Assembly: GCA_016839585.1 (NCBI GenBank)
Contig: JAEOTZ010000023.1
Coordinates: 29,370-93,369 of the forward strand
Direction of reading: 5' to 3'
From: Promethearchaeota archaeon
GTDB lineage: Archaea > Asgardarchaeota > Lokiarchaeia > Sigyniarchaeales > SOKP01
DNA length: 64,000 bases
The position numbers were made by a program, and so were the translations under genes. Of this stretch, positions 28,710 through 38,609 are shown in pieces; positions within the stretch are counted from its first letter, which is position 1; the number at the start of each line of letters is the position of its first letter. The notes beneath the pieces are model-generated. The model had not been told where the DNA came from. It saw only the letters and a list, made by a program, of their open reading frames with translations, and ran no database searches.

Positions 28710-29291
28710 ATGATTAATATGAAGGAAATCGAAAATTTGAGGTTTTATGTCCCATTAGTTTTTGTAGCTAATATTTTTCTAGGACCCATATTTAATTTCT
28801 TGATGTTTTTTTACAGAAAAATCCCTAATAGCTATATGTTTTTTAATATTTCCGATTTTCAGTTTGCAGATATCATGGCGGTAACATTTATCTTGTTTAC
28901 GTTTATATTTTTAATAACATATAATTTTTCAGAAAAAATTAATAATGAACTAGCAATTTCTCTCTGTTTAATTATAATTGGTTTTAATTGTATTTATGCT
29001 GCTTTCGCTACAACCTGGTTAATTTACTTAATAACATTTATCATTATCGGAGCAACTGCAGGATTCATAACACCAAAAATTATTGATCTGATGGGTGATA
29101 TTGCTAGAAATAAAAAGAAAAAAAGATATCATCTCTTTTTTATACCCATATGCATTATAATTTGGATATTTATTTATGGTATCATTTTTGAAGTTATAGG
29201 GATGTTATCATGGAGAATTTTATATATTATCATCGGTATAACTAACATTTTATCGTCACCATTAATAATTTTCTATAAAGGACTTGAATAG
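28710..29291 (+). CDS. Six-TM membrane protein, half-MFS-like
   Basis: Six hydrophobic helices; LSWRILYIIIG is like the MFS GWR motif. Confidence 0.55.
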   Translation: MINMKEIENLRFYVPLVFVANIFLGPIFNFLMFFYRKIPNSYMFFNISDFQFADIMAVTFILFTFIFLITYNFSEKINNELAISLCLIIIGFNCIYAAFATTWLIYLITFIIIGATAGFITPKIIDLMGDIARNKKKKRYHLFFIPICIIIWIFIYGIIFEVIGMLSWRILYIIIGITNILSSPLIIFYKGLE

Positions 29292-29559
29292 ATAAATAAA
29301 ACCTTAGAATTTCTAAAAGAATAAAAAAATTATTTAATTGCATTTTTTTATTCATTATTAAACTATGTAAAAATTACAATGAAAGTTCTAATTTCCTTCT
29401 TTTTGAGAAATTTGCACTTAAAAAAATAATATTAATATTATTAATAATATTATATTATTGCATAGAAAATATGCTTAAATACATTCTAAATATTATTTTA
29501 ATATAATTTATACAGAAAATTTCTTAAACCTCTTAAAATTATAAAAAAATGGTAAGGTA

Positions 29560-30357
29560 ATGTCAAAAGAAATTCCTGAAAATGTGAAAGAATCCTTAAG
29601 ATCAATAGGACTTACGGATTATGAGATCTCAATATATTTAACTTTAATAAGCAAAGGACCTATGGATGCTCGGGAATTATCAGAAGCGTCAGGTGTGCCC
29701 TACTCCCGTATATATAACATCCTCACACAGCTGGAAAAAGAAAAGTTGTGGATAATTAAAGAGGAAGCAAGCCGTCCATCGCGCTATTTTGCCAAATCGC
29801 CTGATGAGGCTCTGATTATTGCAAAGAAACAATTTAATGATAATTTTGATGATCACTCAAATAAAATTATCCATTCATTAACTCCAATTTATCAATCTCA
29901 CGATACTCCTATTAAAATTGCTCTATATGTTCATAGGGGCAGAGATGTATGTATTAATAGGGCATTAGCATTATTAAATTTAGCAAAAACATCTGTTTAT
30001 ATAGTTACTACTGATCAGGAATTTTTAGATGTATTTTATGATGATATTAAAAAAGCAAGAGCTCGAGGTGTTACAAATTTAAAGCTTTTAATTGAAGATA
30101 AAGCTTTACAAGATGAAAAATTCAGAAAAACATTAGAACAATATAAGGAATTATGTGAAATTCGTTCACGAGACCAAGTTTTTGGAAGTGCTATTGTAAT
30201 GGATGAAGGAGAAGATGCATTCATTATTCTTTCTAAGGGTTTCTTTCCAAAAAAAATGTCTTATTTTGGTATAGTGACTGACCATATCGCCTTTGGACCT
30301 TCTGCTAACTATTATTTTAGTTATTTATATAAAACAGCTAAGGAAGTAAATCTGTAG
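29560..30357 (+). CDS. TrmB family transcriptional regulator
   Basis: LRSIGLTDYEISIYLTL..ARELSEASGVPYSRIYNIL..RPSRYFAKSP. Confidence 0.93.
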   Translation: MSKEIPENVKESLRSIGLTDYEISIYLTLISKGPMDARELSEASGVPYSRIYNILTQLEKEKLWIIKEEASRPSRYFAKSPDEALIIAKKQFNDNFDDHSNKIIHSLTPIYQSHDTPIKIALYVHRGRDVCINRALALLNLAKTSVYIVTTDQEFLDVFYDDIKKARARGVTNLKLLIEDKALQDEKFRKTLEQYKELCEIRSRDQVFGSAIVMDEGEDAFIILSKGFFPKKMSYFGIVTDHIAFGPSANYYFSYLYKTAKEVNL

Positions 30358-30475
30358 TTCATTTTGAAAAAAAATTAAAACTTTTTTTGATTAGATGTCA
30401 TTTATACTCTGTAAACACTTCCAATAACAATGTTAAAATAATAGGATAAAAAATTTAATTTTTTGAAATATAGCA

Positions 30476-30925
30476 TTATTTTAAGAAAGTTCTTTTTCCC
30501 AAATAAATAAAAAGCTCAGATAATTCAAAAAGAGTCATTGGCATTATTACTCGTGCCATACTAGTACGAAGTTCTTCTTTATCTTTACCAGCAAGTATAA
30601 GGTTTCTTATATCCTCAACATAATCATCCATATTTAAGAATAATATTTCGATTTTATCAACACCCGTTAATTCCTCTATATCTTTATCCAAATGTTCCTC
30701 AACTTGATTAAGCAACCCTAATTTTAATTTTGGGCTTAGATCATATTTAGTAATAAGACGGTTCATTTCCTCAATTATAATGTTTAAAGATAAATTCCAA
30801 TCTGCATTTTCTTTATATTTGGGAATTAAAACTTCGCTGATAATCACCTCATAAAGAGTAGTTGGCGCTTTCTTGTCAAAATCAATTTCCATGCCATTTC
30901 TTAATTGGATCTTTTTAATTTCAGA
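30476..30925 (-). CDS. Hypothetical protein (start about 30928, ATG after GAGGT SD; track gives 30940)
   Basis: Intact helical ORF. Confidence 0.6.
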   Translation of the reverse strand, partial: SEIKKIQLRNGMEIDFDKKAPTTLYEVIISEVLIPKYKENADWNLSLNIIIEEMNRLITKYDLSPKLKLGLLNQVEEHLDKDIEELTGVDKIEILFLNMDDYVEDIRNLILAGKDKEELRTSMARVIMPMTLFELSELFIYLGKRTFLK

Positions 30926-31189
30926 CATCTTAAACCTCAATTAAAATGGTAAATTATGATAATACTTATTAATTAATGGACTTAGTTCTAATAAATATTT
31001 GTGTTAATGAATATTTTTACATTATAAAAAATTTGAAATATCTTCTTCTTAGTGCTTAAGAAATAAGCAAAACAGAATTAGTATTAGATATAGAGGTTAA
31101 AATCTGTATTAAATAAATTAATTTAGTAGTAAATATTATTGAATTTCAACATACTAAAATTAATTAAATACCTTAAGATGTCTTGAATT

Positions 31190-32329
31190 ATGAATAAATT
31201 TGAAAGAGCCCAAAAAATACTTAAAGAAATTAATGGAGACGGTTGGCTGATTGTATGTAATGAAGATAGTGATATTAACTCTAAATTCTTATTAGGTGTT
31301 GAGTCTCATGCTCTTCACTTTATTTTCGTATCTACTGATGGACACCATAAAGTTCTTCCTGTAGAAATGGAAGCGAATATGATTCGAAAATCTCTCGGAT
31401 CCAAAGGTATAAATGCTGAAGTAATATCCTATAACACCTTAAAGGACTTAATTTCAAAATTAAAACCAATAATCAACAGACCGAAAATTGCGCTCAATTT
31501 TGGAGAAAATATTCTTGATCCTGATGGAACTCCTTATGCTGATTATCTTCAAGTTGGAGCCTTTTTTGCTATTAAAAAAATAAACCCTAATACAAAATTT
31601 ATTTCAGCTGCCCCTATAATTTATGGGCTTAGAAGTCAAAAATCATCAGAAGAGTTAAAAGATCTACGTAATGTCTGTAAAGCCACAATTGAAATATTAG
31701 AAACTATTCCAAATTGGGTCAAAGTTGGAATGACAGAAAAAGAAGTTATGGCTAAACTAGAATATGAATATTCAAAATTAGGAAAGCCTTCTTTTCCTGC
31801 TATAATAGCTACTGGAATACATTCAGCAGACCCACATCATAATACCTCAACTAAAAAAATTGAACCTGGAGTTCTTTTAATTGATACTGGAATGCAGATC
31901 GATGAGATGTGTTCTGATATAACCTGGACTTTTTGGATTGGCAATGAGCCACCAGAGGATTTTATACAAGCATATCAAACATTATATGAAGCTAAGGAAA
32001 TAGCTAATAAATACTATATAGCGAATACTCCTAATCATATACCGGCAAAAGAGTGCCGTAAATACTTAAGTGAAAAAGGTTATGATCATGAAAAACTTTT
32101 CTTTCATGGCTTAGGACATTCTCTTGGATTTGAAGCCCATGATATTGGTTCAAGAATAGGCTGGAAAGTATCGGAACACCATATACTTAAGGAAAATATG
32201 GTATATACTAATGAACCAGGATTATATTGGCTTGATAAATGGGGTATTAGATTGGAAGATGATGTAATTATCGGAAAAGATAAATGTGAACAAGTTACTT
32301 CCGTTTCTAAAGAACCAATTGTAATTTAA
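31190..32329 (+). CDS. M24 family Xaa-Pro peptidase
   Basis: PHH, LIDTG..CSDITWT, HGLGHSLG..HD, TNEPGLY..GIRLEDDV. Confidence 0.93.
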   Translation: MNKFERAQKILKEINGDGWLIVCNEDSDINSKFLLGVESHALHFIFVSTDGHHKVLPVEMEANMIRKSLGSKGINAEVISYNTLKDLISKLKPIINRPKIALNFGENILDPDGTPYADYLQVGAFFAIKKINPNTKFISAAPIIYGLRSQKSSEELKDLRNVCKATIEILETIPNWVKVGMTEKEVMAKLEYEYSKLGKPSFPAIIATGIHSADPHHNTSTKKIEPGVLLIDTGMQIDEMCSDITWTFWIGNEPPEDFIQAYQTLYEAKEIANKYYIANTPNHIPAKECRKYLSEKGYDHEKLFFHGLGHSLGFEAHDIGSRIGWKVSEHHILKENMVYTNEPGLYWLDKWGIRLEDDVIIGKDKCEQVTSVSKEPIVI

Positions 32330-32447
32330 CTAGTGAACAAAAATAGATTTCAAAAATAATTAATCTATCTTTCTTTAAAATTAAGATTATTTATTAATTT
32401 AAGTCAAATCGAATATAAGTCAATCAATTAACAGATTTTATTTATAG

Positions 32448-32639
32448 TTATCTTCTTTCAGTTATTACGTCAACTTCAGATATTGGAATATAAACTAGAT
32501 TATTATACTTATTCTCAAGTACTATAACTTCATCATCAATAATAGATTGAATTATCCCCGCAAATTCTCGACTTTGATTTCTTACATAAATGTATACTTC
32601 TTTTTGTACTAACTTCTCAATTAAAGACTTTGGAATCAT
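32448..32639 (-). CDS. Sm/LSm-fold small protein
   Basis: 63 aa; LIEKLVQKEVYIYVRN..EFAGII..VIVLE..LVYIPISEVDVI fits Sm1/Sm2 spacing. Confidence 0.7.
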   Translation of the reverse strand: MIPKSLIEKLVQKEVYIYVRNQSREFAGIIQSIIDDEVIVLENKYNNLVYIPISEVDVITERR

Positions 32640-32710
32640 AATAAACCATTATTTAATATTTATTTATCACTTAAAATTATTTCTTAATTTTTTTATATTA
32701 ATTTTTCATT

Positions 32711-32886
32711 AGAAACAAAGAAGTAGGTAAAAACCGGAATCCATGATACAGTAAAAATTTTAAAAAGAGGAGACGTATTTATCTAATAACAGGGTTAAGG
32801 GTTGAGGTATTTTACCGATTTCTCGGCATTAGGTATAAGAATATATTTTGCTATCATGGCATTCCGATCTTTATGTGTTCTTACAT
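32711..32886 (-). ncRNA. Candidate structured ncRNA, about 175 nt
   Basis: 21-bp long-range helix (32852-32873 with 32728-32748) whose G-U pairs work only in minus sense; internal GCCGA-GAAA-UCGGU GNRA hairpin; TATA-like box upstream. Confidence 0.55.
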
Positions 32887-32907
32887 ATAAAATATGTGCT
32901 TATCTAG

Positions 32908-32924
32908 TATTTAAAAATTTCCTT
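32908..32924 (-). promoter_or_regulatory. Putative BRE/TATA for the candidate ncRNA
   Basis: Minus strand AAGGAAATTTTTAAATA, about 25-30 nt upstream of the structured region. Confidence 0.45.
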
Positions 32925-33005
32925 TTTTTTCACTTGAAAAAAATGACAAAAAAAGATATCTAAATTTAAGCTGAAATTTTAAATTTTCAATGAAAGTATA
33001 AATAA

Positions 33006-33896
33006 TTATACTCGTTTTAGTTTTTTAACAATATAATATTTGTTAAAATCTATTTTTCTTTCTTTTATTAAATCTAATATCGATTGTAAAATAAAGAATT
33101 TTCCATATTTCTCATTGAAGCGCTTAATAACTATTTTTATTAACTTATTATTATTATATGATTTAAAATTACAATATTGATTTATTGAACAACTTCTCTG
33201 CTTCTTAAATAATATTCTACAATTATTACAGTTTTTTTTCGTCTTTTTTATAACAAAATTAAAAATTGAATTTTTTAAAACACTTTTAATGCTTTTATCA
33301 TAAAACCTTGCTATCTTGAAACCGTTGTATTTTACACATAAGAGATTCCAACTTGGAATTAGACAAAAATTTGCATTTCGTATAAAATAGCTATCATATT
33401 TTGCGGTAAACATTCTCCGATATTTCTTGTTTGAGGAATATGAGAAATGTAGAGCAAACGGAGTAGAAATTATTAATTTTTGTCTTGAAGAGTTAAGGTT
33501 AACATAATACACTCTCCCACCATATATTTTGTGTAAAAAATATTCAGCAGTACTAATTCTAATTTTTTTATCATCTTTAGGAACCTTTGGTGAGGCTACA
33601 CAATTTCCTTCACCATGTAATATCCATAATACATAAACCCCCTTTTTATTATAATCTTCAGTTCTTTTAATGATTTCTTTTACCGATATATTAGAATTTT
33701 GAACTTCTATTACAATTTCTTGTCCAGAATGAAGTTTAAAGTAAATATCTGCTCTTCTATTGTTGAAATACTTTTCAAGAGATTTTTCTCTTACATTCTT
33801 ATCTTCTTCTGAGATAGTTTTATATAATAAATATTTAATTGCTTTATGCTGCCAGGACTCGGAACTAGAACTTTCAAATAAAAGAGATTTATTCAA
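33006..33896 (-). CDS. CoiA-like PD-(D/E)XK nuclease
   Basis: ESWQHKAIK; EKYFNNRRADI; IVIEVQNSNIS; RTEDYNKKGVYVLWI. Confidence 0.82.
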   Translation of the reverse strand: MNKSLLFESSSSESWQHKAIKYLLYKTISEEDKNVREKSLEKYFNNRRADIYFKLHSGQEIVIEVQNSNISVKEIIKRTEDYNKKGVYVLWILHGEGNCVASPKVPKDDKKIRISTAEYFLHKIYGGRVYYVNLNSSRQKLIISTPFALHFSYSSNKKYRRMFTAKYDSYFIRNANFCLIPSWNLLCVKYNGFKIARFYDKSIKSVLKNSIFNFVIKKTKKNCNNCRILFKKQRSCSINQYCNFKSYNNNKLIKIVIKRFNEKYGKFFILQSILDLIKERKIDFNKYYIVKKLKRV

Positions 33897-34087
33897 TTTA
33901 CCCTTTCATCATATTAGATTTGTATTGTATAAAAATACCACGGTGTCGTTAATAAAAATAGACAGTAATTTAAATTACTAGATTATGATATCAAATTTTT
34001 CTTTAAATATCTTTAAAATATCTATATTAAAAATATTAAAAATCAACGAACTGTGAGCTATTAAAAATAATTAATGATAAAATAATT

Positions 34088-34798
34088 GTGAGAATCATGA
34101 CTAATACGCATAGCCAAAGTTTTTTTGGGCAGTCTACTGGATTAACAATCCAGAGTTCATCAAAAACAGAGCCTTTTATCTTCTTGAAATGTATTAAGAA
34201 AAAAGGGGATGGAACATGGGAAAAACCCTCTAAAAATGAAGGTAAAACAGTTAAATGTAATCTAGACGAAATTGTAATGATATTGCAGGTTTTAAAACGA
34301 AAAACCAAATCTTGGTCTAGTTATCATGATTTTAATAATGTTAAAACTCAGATATCATTTCAATGGGAGGAAGGAAAAGAAGAAAAAATATGGATAAATA
34401 TTGGAAATTATTCCAAGATGATGAATTTTGCACAAGTTGAGATATTTAGATTGCTGTTAGAACATATTTTAAAAGAGAAAATTAAATATGCCACTTCCTC
34501 TAGAATTTCTGTTGTAAAGGACAAATCAAAAAAGATTGAAATAAATAATGCTACTGATATCGAAGTGAATCCTGATATTTCAAACAAGAAAAATTCAAAA
34601 ATTATTGAAACTAGTCAAATAGAAGGTAATATTGAAGCGGAGACTAAAAATGCCTTACTTATCAATTTTAATAATGGTAATGAAATATGGATTCCAAAAT
34701 CAATCATAAGATCCCAAAATAACCTGAATAAAGATCTAACTCAAACATTTCTTATTGATACATGGTTTTTAAAGAAGAATAACTTGTCTTATATTTAA
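34088..34798 (+). CDS. Hypothetical protein, possible nucleic-acid-binding (PC4/Whirly-like N-terminus, small beta-barrel C-terminus)
   Basis: Beta-rich duplicated fold pattern; C-terminal EAETKNALLINF..EIWIPKSII. Confidence 0.55.
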   Translation: MRIMTNTHSQSFFGQSTGLTIQSSSKTEPFIFLKCIKKKGDGTWEKPSKNEGKTVKCNLDEIVMILQVLKRKTKSWSSYHDFNNVKTQISFQWEEGKEEKIWINIGNYSKMMNFAQVEIFRLLLEHILKEKIKYATSSRISVVKDKSKKIEINNATDIEVNPDISNKKNSKIIETSQIEGNIEAETKNALLINFNNGNEIWIPKSIIRSQNNLNKDLTQTFLIDTWFLKKNNLSYI

Positions 34799-34979
34799 TT
34801 AAGCCAGTGATTTATCAGAAAGGATTTAATAAATATTGAAATATAAAATTTTCTTTGTTTTCTAGTAATTTTTTTACAGATAATCATTTATATAATGAGT
34901 TTTATTATATGCTTTAACTAAAATCGTTAAAAATTAAGAAAATAAAATTTAAAAATAAAGTAAATAAAAGTGAAATTAA

Positions 34980-35279
34980 ATGGGGTTTAAACCAAAGCTT
35001 CCAAAAGCTCCAAAAGTAGGAAAATTAGATCCTGAATTAGTTAATAAAATTCCTGGAATAATTGAGGAAGTACTTGCTAAGATTCTTGAAGAAGAATCAT
35101 TAGGAGAAGCCGTCGAATCAGAGATTAAAGAAAAAATTCACGGAGCAGTTATGGAAAGATTAGAACCACAACTTGAAGATAAAATAGTAGAAAAATTAGC
35201 TGATAAAGCAGTAGAAAAAGCAATTGATAAAGCTTGGGACAAAATAAAGCAAAAAATAGCAGAAAAGATGGAAAAATAA
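34980..35279 (+). CDS. Small helical hypothetical protein
   Basis: 99-aa ORF, amphipathic and E/K-rich. Confidence 0.65.
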   Translation: MGFKPKLPKAPKVGKLDPELVNKIPGIIEEVLAKILEEESLGEAVESEIKEKIHGAVMERLEPQLEDKIVEKLADKAVEKAIDKAWDKIKQKIAEKMEK

Positions 35280-35339
35280 ATTATTTTAATCTTTAACTTA
35301 CTTTTTCTTTTTTTTATTAACATTATCAATTTTCTAGAT

Positions 35340-36530
35340 TCAAGCTTTAGTTAAACTTGGTAAGTATTTTTCTTCACAAATTTTGATTAGAGAATTGTTA
35401 TAATCTAACATTTTTTTTGCTACTTCAGGATATTTTAGTAGCAAGAGTTCTGTTTTATCATTTCGATCCCATAATAGATATGGAGTATCTTCATAGGGAA
35501 CTTGTTCCTTAATTTCCTTTATCCAGCTATCTGGTAACTTATTTTCTAAATCAATATCGAGCATCTTCGCTAAAAACAACGTCCAAGCCCGTGGTACAAC
35601 GGTTATTAAATATCCACCTCCACCTACAGCGACCCACTTATTTTGGCAATAATTTCTTGAACAAGTTTTTATAGTTTGAGCAATATCCCTATAGATAGAA
35701 ATGGAAAAACCCATTTGGGTTAGAGGGTCATTAAAATAAGTATCTACACCAAGTTGTGTAAATAATATATCTGGAGAATAAGCTTCTAGGATCTTAGGAA
35801 TCGTCCTTCGAAATAATTTCATAAACATTTTATTGCTAGTATCTGGTAGTAAGGGAAAATTTAATGAATAACCTTTTCCTTTTTCATCACCTATTTCATT
35901 TACATCTCCACTTCCTGGAAATAAATATTTTCCGCTTTGATGATATGATACAGTTAGAACCTTTGGATCATTATAAAACAACCATTGAACACCATCTCCG
36001 TGGTGGCAATCTATATCAAGATAAGCGATTCTTATATCCTTTTTTAAAGTTTTTAAATAGTGTATAGCTACAGCAATATCATTAAAAATACAAAACCCTG
36101 ATGCCTTACTTTTTTGAGCGTGATGCAATCCACCTGCGGGATTAAAGGCAATAGTAAAATTTTCGTCATTCCATACTTTGTCTGCTGCTATAATACTGGC
36201 TCCACATATTAATGCTGAAGCTTCATACATTCCTTTAAAAATGGGGTTATCTCCTGGCCCTAAACCATAGATATAAGGGTGAATTGTACTTTCATTAGGA
36301 TTTTTACTTAATTTTTTAACAATTTCGATATATTCAGATGAGTGAACTCTTTCTAATTCTTGTTTAGTTGCTAAACGAGGAGAAAATATTTCTAATATTG
36401 GATTATCTAACAGATGTAACTTCTCCATAAGACTATATGTTAATTTAAGTCTTAAAGGTCTTAATGGGTGTTCTTTTCCAAAGTTGTATTTTTGATATTC
36501 ATCAGTATATATGAGACCGACTTTAATCAT
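35340..36530 (-). CDS. Histone deacetylase superfamily protein (AcuC-like)
   Basis: HPLRPLR; GGLHHA; ASGFCIFND; YLDIDCHHGDG; FPGSG; GGGGY. Confidence 0.95.
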   Translation of the reverse strand: MIKVGLIYTDEYQKYNFGKEHPLRPLRLKLTYSLMEKLHLLDNPILEIFSPRLATKQELERVHSSEYIEIVKKLSKNPNESTIHPYIYGLGPGDNPIFKGMYEASALICGASIIAADKVWNDENFTIAFNPAGGLHHAQKSKASGFCIFNDIAVAIHYLKTLKKDIRIAYLDIDCHHGDGVQWLFYNDPKVLTVSYHQSGKYLFPGSGDVNEIGDEKGKGYSLNFPLLPDTSNKMFMKLFRRTIPKILEAYSPDILFTQLGVDTYFNDPLTQMGFSISIYRDIAQTIKTCSRNYCQNKWVAVGGGGYLITVVPRAWTLFLAKMLDIDLENKLPDSWIKEIKEQVPYEDTPYLLWDRNDKTELLLLKYPEVAKKMLDYNNSLIKICEEKYLPSLTKA

Positions 36531-36820
36531 GATGTTTAAAATTGTACTTTCAATTAATTCTTTGAAAATAATTTTATAAAAATAATCTTTGTTAAATAAT
36601 AAATTTTGAAAAAATAGGCATAAAGATAAAAAAAACGTTTATAAACTCTGAATTTTATAATAATTATAATAAAAAATCGAACTTATGAAAGATTTTTGTC
36701 GTCTTAGCGATATATCAAGGTATTTGAATTTAGTGTATCATTTATATTATCAGAATATCATAAAGAAAAATATATTTAAATGTGAATAGTTCATTCAAAA
36801 TTATTCTATAGCAAAAAAGC

Positions 36821-37375
36821 ATGAGTGTCAACTTTCGAAAATTCATAACGCGAGTCGGTGAACAGTCTGAATTTAAGCCATTAAAAAACCGGTTGCTCAA
36901 TTATTTAAAGAAAGAGAGCGAAAATAAATATAAGAATTACCCAAGGCTTTTAGAATTAATGAAAAATTATTGGCCATTATATAAAGAACGGTCACGTATC
37001 TCTCACCTTTTAAAAGATCATTATGAAGAAATTTTTACTTTCTACTTAAATACATTCTTTTATTTTCGAAAGAGAGGATTATCATTCTCAGAACCTGAAG
37101 CACCAACACCAGTAGATTTCAAATTAGTTTTTTCATATCACTATAATAATAAAGAGATTGAAGTTATTGAAGATGTCACAAAGGAATTGAAGATTGAGGC
37201 CAGTACAGATTCTATTCTAAAGAGAATTTTTATTTTTACAATAAGTTCGTTTGGTTTTATGATTGAACAAATATTTGAACGTCCTTTTGCCTTTCAATTT
37301 TTTGATATTAACGCAAATCCCCTCCCTAATGGTGAATGGGAAGTAGTAGCAGTGATTTCAGGAAGAGAGCAATAA
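36821..37375 (+). CDS. Hypothetical protein
   Basis: Intact 184-aa ORF. Confidence 0.65.
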   Translation: MSVNFRKFITRVGEQSEFKPLKNRLLNYLKKESENKYKNYPRLLELMKNYWPLYKERSRISHLLKDHYEEIFTFYLNTFFYFRKRGLSFSEPEAPTPVDFKLVFSYHYNNKEIEVIEDVTKELKIEASTDSILKRIFIFTISSFGFMIEQIFERPFAFQFFDINANPLPNGEWEVVAVISGREQ

Positions 37376-37392
37376 CTAATATTAAATTGATT

Positions 37393-37689
37393 TTAAGGTA
37401 GCAAAAAGATTTTCTGCATTTTTTTTTTAATGTTTTCAACTTGTTTTGTTAAAGCAACAATTGCGGAGTTTAAATTTTGGAGCATATTTAGATCATTTTT
37501 TAGAAAATCAGTTATTACCTTAAGATTTTCAAATGTTTCTGTTGAGTTTATTACATTCTGTTGTTTTAAGTAATTATTTAAAATATTTTTTACCTCATAG
37601 AGTTCTCTTTCTCTTATTTCTTGAAAATCATCGAACTCCTCTAACCCACCATAAACATAATTTAATTCTTCTTTTTTTTTCCTCTTCAT
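37393..37689 (-). CDS. Hypothetical coiled-coil protein
   Basis: Intact ORF with GGAG SD, co-oriented with the upstream gene. Confidence 0.6.
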   Translation of the reverse strand: MKRKKKEELNYVYGGLEEFDDFQEIRERELYEVKNILNNYLKQQNVINSTETFENLKVITDFLKNDLNMLQNLNSAIVALTKQVENIKKKMQKIFLLP

Positions 37690-37723
37690 AATGCTCCCAA
37701 TATTCTTTTAAAAAATTAACCTA

Positions 37724-38152
37724 TTACTCTTTACTTAGAAATGAACTTAAATCCATAAGATCATCTCCTCTTTTAACTTGAATCTTACCTTTTATCCCCT
37801 TTACTTTACGTTCTAAATATATTATCGCATCAACAGGAATCTTTCTCGGAACACCACCTCTCTTCCTAATTATAGCTAATAAGTAATCGATATTTTGTAT
37901 TACATCTGGACTTATTATTTCATTATAAACATTATGATAAATATGAGGTTCCTTATTTTTTAGATTATTTAAATAAGAATAAGCATCGGGACTCAGAACA
38001 AGTTTTAATACAAAATCTACTTTTTCTGAGATTGAGATAATTTTTTCTTGGACAACTTCTTGTTTCTTCTTAGCTTCCATTAAAGCTTTCAATTTCCTTA
38101 AGCGTATCTTTTCTAATTCGTGTTGATCAAGATCTTTATTATTGTTATTCAT
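37724..38152 (-). CDS. PDCD5/TFAR19-like dsDNA-binding protein
   Basis: ELEKIRLRKLKALM...VLKLVLSPDAYSYLNNLK..P; C-terminal KIQVKR. Confidence 0.75.
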   Translation of the reverse strand: MNNNNKDLDQHELEKIRLRKLKALMEAKKKQEVVQEKIISISEKVDFVLKLVLSPDAYSYLNNLKNKEPHIYHNVYNEIISPDVIQNIDYLLAIIRKRGGVPRKIPVDAIIYLERKVKGIKGKIQVKRGDDLMDLSSFLSKE

Positions 38153-38233
38153 TGGGGTTTTTTTCCTTGATTTTTATTCAAGTGATACTTACTCCAGCAT
38201 TATATTTTATAATATCTCTCAAATGAAGAAAAA

Positions 38234-38359
38234 TGGTCCCCTCTGCCGGCCTCGATCCGGCGACCGCTCGGTTTCGGCTGACGTATTGTCATAGGTGGTA
38301 CACCTCATTACGCGATATAATCTACAGCCGAGCACTCTTCCAGTCTGAGTTAAGAGGGG
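38234..38359 (-). tRNA. trnY: tRNA-Tyr(GTA) with a 49-nt intron and encoded CCA
   Basis: CCCCTCT TA ACTC AGACTGGAA GAGT G CTCGG CTGTAG^A CCGAG CGGTC GCCGG ATCGAGG CCGGC AGAGGGG A CCA; C1-G72 identity pair. Confidence 0.95.
38273..38321 (-). other. tRNA-Tyr intron (37/38)
   Basis: Removal restores the 7-nt anticodon loop; relaxed BHB CTGT-AG^A...GCCG-AA^A. Confidence 0.88.
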
Positions 38360-38609
38360 TTTGATTTTTAAAATTAATAATAATTTAATTAATATATTTT
38401 TTTCGATTTTTACACGAAATTATAGAATCTTAAAGTAAAATACTTCATTTAGAGTTTTGCTTAAAATTATAAAATGCATTCTATTAGTTTTATATCAAGT
38501 ATTTTAATTCTGCTTAAATATTGCATAAAGAAAATGATAATACGTAAAACATCAAATTTTTGTTTTTGAATAAAATTATCAAAAAAAGAAAAAATAAACT
38601 TATTTTTAT

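Noticed and set aside
29420-29510. AT-only palindromes upstream of trmB
   Set aside because: Expected by chance in near-pure AT sequence; cannot be distinguished from background
32791-32804. Telomerase-template-like CAACCCUUAACCCU in the ncRNA candidate
   Set aside because: Only two 7-mer copies, no convincing pseudoknot, and no reverse transcriptase or telomeric repeats in the window. Kept only as a descriptive motif
32728-32873. SECIS element (AUGA within a stem)
   Set aside because: The AUGA is Watson-Crick paired rather than in a tandem G-A quartet, and neither neighbouring gene has an in-frame UGA
33929-33965. ATAAAAATA direct repeat between the divergent CoiA-like and hypothetical genes
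   Set aside because: Too short and AT-rich to support an operator call without comparative data
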